DNA of 64,000 bases from an uncultured Pelagibacteraceae bacterium (GTDB lineage Bacteria; Pseudomonadota; Alphaproteobacteria; Pelagibacterales; AG-422-B15), in NCBI GenBank assembly GCA_902584215.1, contig CACHYW010000001.1, forward strand, positions 26,065 to 90,064, in the 5' to 3' direction. The notes beneath the pieces were generated by a model, which made no database searches, was not told where the DNA came from, and worked only from the letters and a program-made list of their open reading frames with translations. Positions 19,162 through 28,834 of the stretch are shown in pieces. The position numbers were made by a program, and so were the translations under genes. Each line of letters begins with the position of its first letter. Within the stretch, counting starts at the first letter, position 1.

Positions 19162-19952
19162 GATTTCAGTTTATTTGTAAGTTTTTTAACCATTGCGCCA
19201 ATATTGGTAGCAGGATTCTGTCCTTCATTCACCGACTTAGATATTTCCCTGCAAAGAGCAGATCCTACAACACAAGCATCTGTGTCTTTAAAGTCAGCAA
19301 TTGTTTCTTCAGTGATACCGAATCCAATAATACATTTTTTTTCAGGTGCTATTGCCTTAATTAAATTAAATCTGTTCTTGATTTCAATTGGACTCACTTT
19401 TAATTTTTGCCCAGTCGTAGATAACATAGAAATATAGTAAACGACATCGTGAGCATCGTTCAAAATCAATTTTAGCCTTTCCTCATTTGTTGTAGGACAA
19501 AGTAGTTGAATGAAATCTATATTATTTTTTTTACATTTGGCGGCAAAATTAAGATTAAGAGGCCATGGCCAATCCACACAAATAATTCCTGACACCTTAC
19601 TTTCTGCACACTTACTTAAAAAACTTTCTTCACCGTATGACATTATTTTATTTTGATAAGTCATTATGATTATTTTCGTATCAAACTCATCTCTTAAAGT
19701 TTTAATTATATCAAATACATCATCTGTTTTTATACCACTAGAAAGTGCTCTGTATGTACCATCTTGAATTGCGCCACCATCACCAATGTTTGCTCCATGG
19801 CCCAAGCCACATTCAATAATATCTGCTCCCGAACGAGCTATTTCTCTAAAGATTTCAAGAGAAGTTTCTTTGTTTGGGTCTCCGCCAACTGTATAAGTTA
19901 AGAAAGCCGCATTATTCTGATCAAACGCATTTAATAATGGTGAGTTAGTCAT
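19158..19952 (-). CDS. trpA: tryptophan synthase alpha chain (divergent)
   Basis: 264 aa. The catalytic Glu context IIECG and Asp in IGDGGAIQ are retained. It follows trpB with a 4-nt overlap. Confidence 0.8.
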   Translation of the reverse strand: MTNSPLLNAFDQNNAAFLTYTVGGDPNKETSLEIFREIARSGADIIECGLGHGANIGDGGAIQDGTYRALSSGIKTDDVFDIIKTLRDEFDTKIIIMTYQNKIMSYGEESFLSKCAESKVSGIICVDWPWPLNLNFAAKCKKNNIDFIQLLCPTTNEERLKLILNDAHDVVYYISMLSTTGQKLKVSPIEIKNRFNLIKAIAPEKKCIIGFGITEETIADFKDTDACVVGSALCREISKSVNEGQNPATNIGAMVKKLTNKLKS

Positions 19953-21181
19953 ATTTTATATCCTAGACGTTCAGCTATTATTTTAGAGTCCTTCGCGGAA
20001 TCTCCACAAGAGTCAACTACAATAATAGTGTCCTTACTTAAAGATGGGGCAATTTTTATTGCTTCAGCAAAAGCATGAGAAGGCTCTAGCGAAGGACTCA
20101 CAAAACCTTCCATTCTACTTACCAACTGAAAAGCACTAATCGCTTCCTCGTCAGTAGCAGAGGTATATCTTGCTCTACCAGACTCTTTGAGAAAACAGTG
20201 AAGTGGTGAAACGCCTGGATAGTCTAAACCCGCACTAATAGACGCCGTTTCCTCAATCTCTCCCTGATTATCTTGAATAACGTATTGAGTTGCTCCGTGA
20301 AGCACACCTAAAGGAGAATTATTGGTAAGAGGGGCCGCATGCATTGAGGACTCTTCAGGTCCACCAGCTTCTACTCCAATTAATTCCACATTATCATGAT
20401 CTATCCATTCATTCCAAAACCCAGCTGCAGAGGATCCTCCTCCTACACAGTTAATCAGTTTCATGACTTTAGGGATATCCCCAAACTCATCAATCACCTG
20501 TTTTTTCATTTCCCGAGAAATTTGTGCTGTAGACCATGCGCAGATTTTTACGAATATTGTTGGTCCAACTGTACTACCTACGCACATGTGCGCCTGCTCG
20601 TTTTCACTAGTCCACCACCTCATACATTCTGAAACAGCATCCACAAGTGTCTGAGATCCTGAGTCAACAGGAATAACTTCTGCACCATAACTTCTCATTG
20701 AAAATACATTAATGGATTGTCTCTCGATATCTTTAGAGCCCATAAATATTTTACATTTCAAATTGAATTTGGCAGCAGCCATACTCAACATCTTTCCTGC
20801 ATAGCCCGCACCTGTATCGCCACCGATATAAGTTTTTCCTAATCTCTTACAGATAAGACTATGAACTACCGCGTTATATGCTTTATGTGCTCCACCAGTT
20901 GCTTTTGAAACAAGCTTGCAATAAATTTGTGCTCCACCAAGATGTTTAGTTAGGTTTTCTAGTTTTATGAAAGGAGTAGGAGCTCCTATAAAGTTTTTAA
21001 AATAGAAATCTCTCTCTGCAATGAAGGTTTCGTCATTTCTAAGCTTCTCAAACTCTATAGTTAATTCTTCAATAGGGTGATTTAAACTCTCTGCAATCTG
21101 ATTTCCACCAAACTTTCCTCCCCAGTAACCATTTTCATCATGCTGATCAATAAGTGGAATGCCCTTTTGTAATTCGATCAT
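19949..21181 (-). CDS. trpB: tryptophan synthase beta chain (divergent active-site motifs)
   Basis: 410 aa. PLP-lysine motif GGAHK, CVGGGSS, SISAGLDYPGVSP, EPSHA. It sits between trpF and trpA. Confidence 0.8.
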   Translation of the reverse strand: MIELQKGIPLIDQHDENGYWGGKFGGNQIAESLNHPIEELTIEFEKLRNDETFIAERDFYFKNFIGAPTPFIKLENLTKHLGGAQIYCKLVSKATGGAHKAYNAVVHSLICKRLGKTYIGGDTGAGYAGKMLSMAAAKFNLKCKIFMGSKDIERQSINVFSMRSYGAEVIPVDSGSQTLVDAVSECMRWWTSENEQAHMCVGSTVGPTIFVKICAWSTAQISREMKKQVIDEFGDIPKVMKLINCVGGGSSAAGFWNEWIDHDNVELIGVEAGGPEESSMHAAPLTNNSPLGVLHGATQYVIQDNQGEIEETASISAGLDYPGVSPLHCFLKESGRARYTSATDEEAISAFQLVSRMEGFVSPSLEPSHAFAEAIKIAPSLSKDTIIVVDSCGDSAKDSKIIAERLGYKI

Positions 21182-21816
21182 ATAATATTTTTTGCTTTTT
21201 CAATAAACTCAGTAATTAATTGCTTATCTTTTATACCCTCTGAATTCTCAACACCAGAACTAACGTCAAAATAACTAGTCTTTTTAAGGTTTATAGCTGA
21301 GATTATATTGTCATTATTAAGTCCCCCTGACAGAAAAAAGTTCTTATTAATCGATAAATTCTCAATTATCTTCCAATCAAATCTATGCCCAGTTCCACCT
21401 TGAATGCCAGCTTGAGGAGGTGAGTCAAATAAGAAATATTCTACAAACGGCTCATATTTAACTAATTCATCTAAGTCATCAGAGGATGAAATTCCAATGG
21501 CCTTTATGATTTTAAAATCATACTTTAATTTAATTCTTTGGACCATTTCATGAGTTTCTTGACCATGCAATTGAATATATTGAAATCCAATCCTCAATAA
21601 ATCATCTAATAATTTATCATCTGGATTAACAGTAACTGCTACAGGTATGGTTAGATTTTTTATCTCAGATAAAATTTTTTCACAATTTTTAATATTAATG
21701 TTTCTGTGAGACTTTTTATATAAAATAAAACCTATAAAGTTTGCCCCAGCATCAATTGCATGCTGTGCAATTTCATGGTTTTTTACCCCACAAATTTTAA
21801 TTTGTATATCACTCAC
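21178..21816 (-). CDS. trpF: phosphoribosylanthranilate isomerase
   Basis: 212 aa. Motifs KICGV, QLHG, GGTG, LSGGL, DVSSGVE. Confidence 0.9.
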   Translation of the reverse strand: MSDIQIKICGVKNHEIAQHAIDAGANFIGFILYKKSHRNINIKNCEKILSEIKNLTIPVAVTVNPDDKLLDDLLRIGFQYIQLHGQETHEMVQRIKLKYDFKIIKAIGISSSDDLDELVKYEPFVEYFLFDSPPQAGIQGGTGHRFDWKIIENLSINKNFFLSGGLNNDNIISAINLKKTSYFDVSSGVENSEGIKDKQLITEFIEKAKNII

Positions 21817-22505
21817 GATATTTCTGAATAAATATTTTCAGCTGCTTTTGCAGGATCTCTAGCATCTGTTATTGGCCTGCCTATGACTAAAATATCAGCA
21901 CCAGCCTCAATAGCTTCCCTTGCTGAAAGTGTTCTTTTTTGATCATTTGATGCATTATCTTTACCTCTAATTCCTGGAGCAATTATCTGTAGATTATTTC
22001 CATGAGTATTTTTTACTTCTGAAACTTCCAGAGGACTACAAACAATTCCATCGATACCACAATTGACTGCAAGTTGAGTTAGTTGTTTAACATTCTCATT
22101 GACTGATTTTTCAATACCAATCTCTGAAATGAGCTTATCATTAAAGCTGGTCAGCATAGTTACACCGATCAATTTAGTTATACTATTAAGTTCGTTTTTT
22201 GCGTTTACACACTCAATTATCATTTCTGAGCCTCCTGAAAGGTGCAAAGTAGTATATCTTGGTTCAAATTGTAAAATATTAATAAGCGCTTGTTTTACTG
22301 TATTTGGAATATCGTATAATTTTAGATCTATAAAAATTGGTATCTCAAATTTTTTTATTTTTTCCATTCCTAAAAGACCACATGACGTAAAAAATTCTAA
22401 GCCTAATTTAATGCCCCCTACATATGGAGAAATTTGGTCTACTAATGCTAATGCCTTATCAATATCACTTGTATCGATAGCACAAAAAATAGGATTATTA
22501 GTCAA
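21813..22505 (-). CDS. pyrF: orotidine 5'-phosphate decarboxylase
   Basis: 230 aa. DxKxxD motif (FIDLKLYDIPNT) and the C-terminal VIGRPI motif. Confidence 0.9.
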   Translation of the reverse strand: MTNNPIFCAIDTSDIDKALALVDQISPYVGGIKLGLEFFTSCGLLGMEKIKKFEIPIFIDLKLYDIPNTVKQALINILQFEPRYTTLHLSGGSEMIIECVNAKNELNSITKLIGVTMLTSFNDKLISEIGIEKSVNENVKQLTQLAVNCGIDGIVCSPLEVSEVKNTHGNNLQIIAPGIRGKDNASNDQKRTLSAREAIEAGADILVIGRPITDARDPAKAAENIYSEIS

Positions 22506-22519
22506 AACAAAATTATAGG

Positions 22520-22840
22520 TTAATCGCCTTCTTCTTGTGAAACAGAGGTGTTGGTCTTTGAATTTAATTTGAGTCTTAATTCTTTTCCCGTTTTAAAACG
22601 GGGAATAAATTTTTCTTCTACCTGGACTGATTCTCCAGTTCTTGGGTTCCTTCCAGTTCTTTCTTTTCTATGTTGAACTGAAAATGCTCCAAAGCCCCTT
22701 AGCTCAACTCTTTTACCTTCTGCTAAAGATTGAGTAATTTCATTAAATATTGTATTAACTATTCTTTCTACATCTCTAATAAATAAATGAGGATTAGCTT
22801 CTGTAATATTTTGTATAAGTTTAGATTTAATTAAGCTCAT
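22520..22840 (-). CDS. ihfB: integration host factor beta subunit
   Basis: 106 aa. HU/IHF fold RGFGAFSV...[10 protein letters not shown]. The conserved cmk-rpsA-ihfB order is present. Confidence 0.85.
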   Translation of the reverse strand: MSLIKSKLIQNITEANPHLFIRDVERIVNTIFNEITQSLAEGKRVELRGFGAFSVQHRKERTGRNPRTGESVQVEEKFIPRFKTGKELRLKLNSKTNTSVSQEEGD

Positions 22841-22894
22841 TCAATAATTATAAGATATTAAGAGTTAATGTAAATAATTGAATGTAAAGAATAT

Positions 22895-24592
22895 TTATTC
22901 TTCTTTTTTATCTCGACCTAGCGCTTTTCCCAGAATAGCACCTAAAGATGCTCCAGAGTCTTTAGAGCCATATTTCTCCATTGCTTCTCGTTCTGTGGTT
23001 TCCTCCATCATTCGCACTGATAAACTAATTTTGTAATTTGAATGATCAATATTTGTAATGGATGCATCAAGCTTATCATTCTTAGCCCATCTTTCTGGGC
23101 GCGCGTCAGACTTTCTTAAAGCTAATTCATTTCTTTTAATAATTGAAACAGGACCCTTTTCACCAACTCGAACCTTTAATCCAAAATCACCTGTTTCTAT
23201 AACATTACAAGTTACTATATCATTTTTCTTCTTATCTTTTAATTCATCAAATGGGTTACCATCAACTTCTCTTATAGAAAGGGATACTTTATCGTTATCA
23301 TTTGTAATAATTTTAGCTTTAATGATATCACCGACCTTATAATTCTTAATCTCTTCTTTAGGATCTGCGTCCCATGATAGGTCTTTTCCAAATACTGCTC
23401 CATCTATTTCATTATCAAGATTGCAGAAGATTATACCATCCTTAATATTTGTAATACTTGTTTCCATTATGCTACCAACCGGATTGGCGTCATTGAATTT
23501 CTTCCATGGATTAGGTGATAACTGTTTAATGCCTAAACTTAATCTTCTTTTGTCATGATCAATTTCTAGTATTTGACAATCAACAGATTGCGATCTAGCG
23601 TAAAGGTTCCCTGGCTTGGAATTTTGTCTTTGGCTCCATGTGAGCATATCCTTGTGGCATAAGCCCTCGACTCCGTTTTCAATTTCTATAAAAATACCGT
23701 AATCGGTAACATTTGTTACAACTCCTTTAACCTTATCATTGACATTAAAATTTTCTTTTACCTTGAGCCATGGATCATCTTCCAGTTGCTTCATTCCAAC
23801 TGACACGCGATTTTTTTCTGGATCTACTTTTATAATTTTGACTTTTACTTGTTGATCAATTTTTAGAACTTCTGATGGATGTCCAATTCTCTTATATGTT
23901 ATATCGCTGCTGTGTAATAGTGAGTCATATCCCCCTAAATCTACAAATGCCCCATAATCAGTAATAGCTTTAATTTTTCCTTCTACAACATCTTCAAGTT
24001 TGAGTTGCAAGAACCTCTCTTCTCTAACTTCTTTATGCATTTCTTCTAATACAGCTCTTCGACTAACAACTATGTTATTTCTTTTAAGATCCATTTTTAA
24101 TATCTTAAATTTTTGAGGAACATCAATTAAATGGTTAATGTCTCGCACAGGTCTTGTATCAATCTGGCTTCCTGGTAAAAAAGCTGTTACTCCAATTTCA
24201 CAAGATAAACCTCCTTTAACTTTTCCCGTAATAACGCCTTCAATTAGTTCTCCTGCTTCAAATGATTTTTCAATTTCCGCCCAGATTTCCTTTGACTTAG
24301 CTTTGGAGCGAGAGAGTATACATTCTCCATTATGATTCTCAATTTTATCTAAATAAACGTCAATTTGATCACCAACTTCCAGTTCCTTCTGGTCTTTTCT
24401 GAATGCAAATTCTCGCTTAGGAATTCTACCTTCGACTTTTGCTCCAATATCTACTATAACAGCCTCGTCTTCGATTTCTGCGATAATGCCTTTTATAATA
24501 GTTCCCTCTTTAAGTTTTGAATTATTTATTGACTCTGCAAGGATTGAGTCAAACTCAGTTGAATTGATATTATTGATTGACTCTTGATTCAT
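22895..24592 (-). CDS. rpsA: 30S ribosomal protein S1
   Basis: 565 aa made of repeated S1 domains (G..V.G.V..I...G.FV recurring about six times). Confidence 0.95.
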   Translation of the reverse strand: MNQESINNINSTEFDSILAESINNSKLKEGTIIKGIIAEIEDEAVIVDIGAKVEGRIPKREFAFRKDQKELEVGDQIDVYLDKIENHNGECILSRSKAKSKEIWAEIEKSFEAGELIEGVITGKVKGGLSCEIGVTAFLPGSQIDTRPVRDINHLIDVPQKFKILKMDLKRNNIVVSRRAVLEEMHKEVREERFLQLKLEDVVEGKIKAITDYGAFVDLGGYDSLLHSSDITYKRIGHPSEVLKIDQQVKVKIIKVDPEKNRVSVGMKQLEDDPWLKVKENFNVNDKVKGVVTNVTDYGIFIEIENGVEGLCHKDMLTWSQRQNSKPGNLYARSQSVDCQILEIDHDKRRLSLGIKQLSPNPWKKFNDANPVGSIMETSITNIKDGIIFCNLDNEIDGAVFGKDLSWDADPKEEIKNYKVGDIIKAKIITNDNDKVSLSIREVDGNPFDELKDKKKNDIVTCNVIETGDFGLKVRVGEKGPVSIIKRNELALRKSDARPERWAKNDKLDASITNIDHSNYKISLSVRMMEETTEREAMEKYGSKDSGASLGAILGKALGRDKKEE

Positions 24593-24596
24593 AAAC

Positions 24597-25235
24597 TTAA
24601 GTATTTAAAACTATTTTATTTAAAGCATTAAAAGCCTGTTCTATATCAATATAACTGGTATCTAGCAATACTGAATTTGCGGCTGGCTTAAGCGGAGCTA
24701 TTTTTCTTGTTAAATCCTTTAAATCTCTATCATTAATTTTTCTTAAAATTGAGTTATAGCTTGCATTTATCCCATTTTTTTTGACCTGCTCATATCTTCT
24801 TCTTGCCCTTATCTTGGCATCTGCCCATAAGAATATCTTGTAATCCGCATCAGGAAAAATAACTGTCCCTATATCTCTTCCCTCAATAATTGAATATTTA
24901 CTATTCTTGTTAGTATTTTTTGGAAAATCTCTCTGGAACTTAACAAGCTTGTCCCTAATTTGTTTTTTTGATGAAATTTTTGAAGAAATATGATCAATTT
25001 GACTAGAATAAAGTTCTTTAGAACTTAATTTATTTAGGTCAATATTAGAAACACAATCCAAAATTTCTTTTGTACTATTTGGGTTGATCTTTCTTTCGAT
25101 TATTTCTAATGCAATTGCTCTGTACAGTTTTCCGCTATATAAAATTGGTGATTTGTATCTAATTGATAATTTCTTTGCAAGTGTCGTCTTTCCTACTGAG
25201 GCGGGACCATCTATCGCAATAATTTTCACCATCAA
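24597..25235 (-). CDS. cmk: cytidylate kinase
   Basis: 212 aa. P-loop IAIDGPASVGKTT, located upstream of rpsA. Confidence 0.9.
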   Translation of the reverse strand: MMVKIIAIDGPASVGKTTLAKKLSIRYKSPILYSGKLYRAIALEIIERKINPNSTKEILDCVSNIDLNKLSSKELYSSQIDHISSKISSKKQIRDKLVKFQRDFPKNTNKNSKYSIIEGRDIGTVIFPDADYKIFLWADAKIRARRRYEQVKKNGINASYNSILRKINDRDLKDLTRKIAPLKPAANSVLLDTSYIDIEQAFNALNKIVLNT

Positions 25236-26524
25236 TAAAAAGCAGATAATTTTTTTAAATGTTTTTTAAAATCAGGATAGCTTATTGATATACATGACTC
25301 ATCGTCAATAATTAATTTATCTTTATAAAGTAAATTTAATATTGAAAAAGACATAGCGATTCTATGGTCACCATATGTTTTTATTTTTTTTTGATATTTT
25401 AATTCAATTCTTTTTGTACCTTCAATTTTAATATTATCTTTTTTTTGAATTACATTAAAGCCGACCTTAGAAAGGTTAATGGTTATACTTTTAATTCTAT
25501 CACTTTCTTTGTGTCTAAGTTCAGATAAACCTTCCATAATTGTAAATCCTCTAGCTTGAGATGCTGCAATTGAAAGAATTGGATATTCATCTATCAAATA
25601 TGGAGAATACTTTGACTCAATTTTTACTCCATGAAGTAAACTATATGATACTTTAATATCTCCTACTTCTTCTCCCGAAATTGTTTTAGTTTTTTTTATT
25701 CTTATTTTACCACCCATTTTTTTTAATACATCAATAAAAGCAATCCTAGTTTTGTTTAGCGCTATATTTTTTAGAGTAATATTAGACTTTGGAATAATTA
25801 ACGCTCCCACTATAAAAAAAGCTGCACTTGATGGATCACTTGCTACAGAAATGTTTTTTGGCTTTATTTCATATGGACCATTAAGCTCAATTGATGTTGA
25901 ATTTGTATTAAGTATTTTTTTTTTATATTTTATTTTTAAGTATTTCATCAGTCTTTCAGTATGATCGCGAGTATTTTTCTTTTCAATTATTTTAGTCTTG
26001 CCTCGTAAATTGAGTGCAGATAGTATTAGGGCAGTCTTTACCTGTGCCGAAGCTTTCTGCATGATATGCTCCATTGGTAATAAATTTGTATTTCCAGTTA
26101 TATACAATGGCAAAAAGTCTTTATTTGTGAGTGTTATTTCTGCTCCCATTCTTTCTAAATATGTTGATAGTCTTGACATAGAGCGTTTACTTAATGATTT
26201 ATCGCCAATAAAGGTGCAGCTTATTGGGTTTGAAGAAACTGCCCCCATAATTAAACGTGAAGTTGTCCCACTATTTCCACAGTTAAGCACTTGTGAGGGT
26301 TGAAAATAACCCCCAGTGCCATTACCAAATACAATCCATTTGTTCTCTTTTTTGATTATTTTAATCCCTAACTCCTTAAGAATATTAAGAGTTCTTAAAA
26401 CATCATCAGACTCTAATAAATTTGAAATTGTAACTCGCCCCGTAGACAGTGATGCAAAAATCAAAGCTCTGTGTGAGATAGACTTATCTCCTGATATTTT
26501 AATTGAACCTTTTAATTTAAGCAC
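25232..26524 (-). CDS. aroA: 3-phosphoshikimate 1-carboxyvinyltransferase (EPSP synthase)
   Basis: 430 aa. KSISHRAL, CGNSGTTSRL, RHKESDRI and GDHRIAMSF motifs. Confidence 0.9.
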   Translation of the reverse strand: MLKLKGSIKISGDKSISHRALIFASLSTGRVTISNLLESDDVLRTLNILKELGIKIIKKENKWIVFGNGTGGYFQPSQVLNCGNSGTTSRLIMGAVSSNPISCTFIGDKSLSKRSMSRLSTYLERMGAEITLTNKDFLPLYITGNTNLLPMEHIMQKASAQVKTALILSALNLRGKTKIIEKKNTRDHTERLMKYLKIKYKKKILNTNSTSIELNGPYEIKPKNISVASDPSSAAFFIVGALIIPKSNITLKNIALNKTRIAFIDVLKKMGGKIRIKKTKTISGEEVGDIKVSYSLLHGVKIESKYSPYLIDEYPILSIAASQARGFTIMEGLSELRHKESDRIKSITINLSKVGFNVIQKKDNIKIEGTKRIELKYQKKIKTYGDHRIAMSFSILNLLYKDKLIIDDESCISISYPDFKKHLKKLSAFY

Positions 26525-26625
26525 TTTTATATTGTCAATTTAATAAGTAACGGTTAGTGTTAAATATTACTGTATATTTTTTAAATTGCCAAAATTTTAA
26601 CCAATTAATTATCAAGAGATCAAAT

Positions 26626-26994
26626 ATGCCAAAACCAGAGTTTGGAAAAAAAGTTATTTGTAACAATTGTGAAGCTAAATTTTATGACTTAAATCGAAAG
26701 CCTGCTACCTGTCCTCATTGCGGTACAGAATACATAGAGCCGGCAAATGAAATAATAGCTTCAACAGCTAAACAAGTATTTGTTGATGAAGTAGATACAG
26801 TAACTGATAGTAATTTGGTGGGAAGTGATGCAACTGAGTCAATAGCCGAAGTAACTGATATAGAATTGGAAGACGAATTGGATGAGGATACAATTAGCCT
26901 TGAGGATTCAGATGTAGATGATCAAGTGATTTCAAGCGATGTTGACATCGATATTGATAGCAGCGAAACAACAGAAGATATTGATAGAGATTAA
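26626..26994 (+). CDS. FYDLN_acid (TIGR02300-like) zinc-ribbon protein with an acidic tail
   Basis: MPKPEFGKKVICNNCEAKFYDLNRKPATCPHCGTEY followed by a D/E-rich tail. I prefer ATG 26626 over the track's 26557 because family members begin at this conserved motif. Confidence 0.7.
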   Translation: MPKPEFGKKVICNNCEAKFYDLNRKPATCPHCGTEYIEPANEIIASTAKQVFVDEVDTVTDSNLVGSDATESIAEVTDIELEDELDEDTISLEDSDVDDQVISSDVDIDIDSSETTEDIDRD

Positions 26995-26997
26995 ATT

Positions 26998-27073
26998 GGG
27001 GCTGTAGCTCAGCTGGGAGAGCATCAGCATGGCATGTTGAGGGTCACCGGTTCGATCCCGGTCAGCTCCACCA
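26998..27073 (+). tRNA. tRNA-Ala (anticodon GGC)
   Basis: 76 nt. Cloverleaf folded by hand: acceptor GGGGCTG/CAGCTCC with the G3:U70 Ala identity pair, D arm GCTC/GAGC, anticodon loop AT-GGC-AT, T arm ACCGG-TTCGATC-CCGGT, and an encoded CCA. Confidence 0.95.
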
Positions 27074-27826
27074 TCAAAATTTAAATGTATCTCCCAAATA
27101 GAATTTCCTTGCTTCTTTGTTGCCTAGTATTTTGTCACTTGTTCCATGGGCAATAATTTCACCACTGAAAAGAAGATAGCTGTAATCACTTATATCAAGT
27201 ACTTCTCTAACCTGATGATCGGTAATAATCACTGATATACCTTTTTGCTTAAGTCTATTAATCTCAGATTTAATATCATTAATAGAAATGGGGTCCAGTG
27301 CAGAAAATGGCTCATCAAACAAAACATAAGATGGGTTTGTACCTAATAATCTTGCGCATTCACATTTTCGCCTTTCCCCACCAGACAATTGATGAGGCAT
27401 AGCATTTCTTAAGTGTGTTAAATTAAATTCTGCTAAGAGCTCTTCAAGTCTATTTGCTCTTTGATCTAGATTAAGACTTGTGGTCTCTAAGATTGCCATT
27501 ATATTATTTTCTACACTTAAACCTCTAAAGATACTTGGTTGTTGAGGTAAATATCCTAGTCCAGCTCTAGCTCTTTTCCACATTGGAAGTAATGTAATGT
27601 CACGATTATTTAATTTGATTTCTCCACTATCGCAAACTAAAAGCCCCATAATACAATATAAAGCTGTACTTTTGCCTGCTCCATTAGGACCGAGTAAACC
27701 AATAACACTTCCCTTTTTAACTTTAATAGATATATCTCTAACAATTTGCTTTCCTGATAGAGACTTCCTCAAATTGTTTATTTCAAGGCCAGTATTTGTA
27801 GAGACCAACTTAGGTTTTGTATTCAT
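27074..27826 (-). CDS. lptB: LPS export ABC transporter ATP-binding protein
   Basis: 250 aa. Walker A GPNGAGKST, signature LSGGERR, Walker B VLFDEP. The operon context is kdsD-lptC-lptA-lptB. Confidence 0.9.
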   Translation of the reverse strand: MNTKPKLVSTNTGLEINNLRKSLSGKQIVRDISIKVKKGSVIGLLGPNGAGKSTALYCIMGLLVCDSGEIKLNNRDITLLPMWKRARAGLGYLPQQPSIFRGLSVENNIMAILETTSLNLDQRANRLEELLAEFNLTHLRNAMPHQLSGGERRKCECARLLGTNPSYVLFDEPFSALDPISINDIKSEINRLKQKGISVIITDHQVREVLDISDYSYLLFSGEIIAHGTSDKILGNKEARKFYLGDTFKF

Positions 27827-28282
27827 TTAATTAATATCTTCTGTAATTATCAATGCTTCAACTCTATTTAATGCTTTACTTTTCATAATACTTGATGAGT
27901 TTTCTAGATCCAGTATTATTTCATCACATAATATAATATTCTCATTTTGAAGCACCCTGACCCCCCCGAAAACTTGCAATAAGTTATTTATAGGATCGTA
28001 TTTGGCTCTTTCACCTTCAATTGAGAGCTCTTGTCTTAAAATTTTAACATCATACTGAGCAGTTATTTCTCTAATTTGTTTCTCATCTTTTGTTGAATAT
28101 ACAATTAATTCTTCCGACCAAATTTCTAAATTTTCTTCAATTACATAGACATTGCCAGAAAAGATGGATGTATTCTCTGTCCTTATAATCTCTAAATTAT
28201 CTGAAGTTATTGTTAATTCTTTTGTATAAGAATTTGTAGAAAACAAAAAAAATAAAAGAATAAACAATATATCTTTTAGCAT
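27827..28282 (-). CDS. lptA: LPS transport periplasmic protein LptA (OstA-like)
   Basis: 151 aa. Signal peptide plus a beta-jellyroll-like repeat sequence. It lies directly upstream of lptB. Confidence 0.65.
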   Translation of the reverse strand: MLKDILFILLFFLFSTNSYTKELTITSDNLEIIRTENTSIFSGNVYVIEENLEIWSEELIVYSTKDEKQIREITAQYDVKILRQELSIEGERAKYDPINNLLQVFGGVRVLQNENIILCDEIILDLENSSSIMKSKALNRVEALIITEDIN

Positions 28283-28285
28283 GAA

Positions 28286-28834
28286 CTACTCAATGTCATA
28301 AATCATCCTAACATTATTCTTATAAATAATATGATTAAAATTATTATGTATTATTGATTCATCAGATGTTATTATATTGTCACCTTTATTATGTTTAACA
28401 TTTTTTTTAAATTTGACTAAATCATCATTTATTGAAAATAAAGCGTAATCAGATTGAAATTTATCATCTTCATCAGTATAGAAAATAATTTCTCCATTCA
28501 GCTCTATTAGATTTTTTAATTGATTGAAGTTCCCTTCCTTAGCATTTAAATATATCCAAATACCTGACTCGGTTCTTAATTTACCTTCTACACTAAATAA
28601 TTTTAAGTCATCCTTTCTTTGAATTCCTCTCTCAGCTTTGATCTCATAAAGTCTGTTATCGAGCCCTTTTTCGGAAAATTTTGGACCATCTATTTCTATC
28701 TCCAAATCATCATTAGCTAACAAACAAAATGGAAATAAGATTAATATAATTGGTAGAATATTTATGGATTTAGAATAATTACTTATTAGTTCAGTTAACA
28801 TAGCGAACGCAATCATGAATGTGAATGATGCCAA
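28286..28834 (-). CDS. lptC: LPS export system protein LptC
   Basis: One N-terminal TM segment plus a periplasmic domain, positioned between kdsD and lptA. The true start may be an internal Met (28816 or 28801), which would shorten the overlap with kdsD. Confidence 0.55.
   Translation of the reverse strand: MASFTFMIAFAMLTELISNYSKSINILPIILILFPFCLLANDDLEIEIDGPKFSEKGLDNRLYEIKAERGIQRKDDLKLFSVEGKLRTESGIWIYLNAKEGNFNQLKNLIELNGEIIFYTDEDDKFQSDYALFSINDDLVKFKKNVKHNKGDNIITSDESIIHNNFNHIIYKNNVRMIYDIE

Noticed and set aside
22099-22518. A 139-aa plus-strand ORF antisense to pyrF, plus many similar 60-100-aa antisense ORFs (for example 2149-2388, 9016-9297, 23058-23342, 25998-26303, 29221-29514, 34553-34852, 36404-36652, 37730-37975, 40499-40762, 50851-51087).
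   Set aside because: All lie entirely within well-supported genes on the opposite strand. They have low-complexity, hydrophobic, Ser/Leu-rich translations typical of shadow frames and contain no recognisable motifs.
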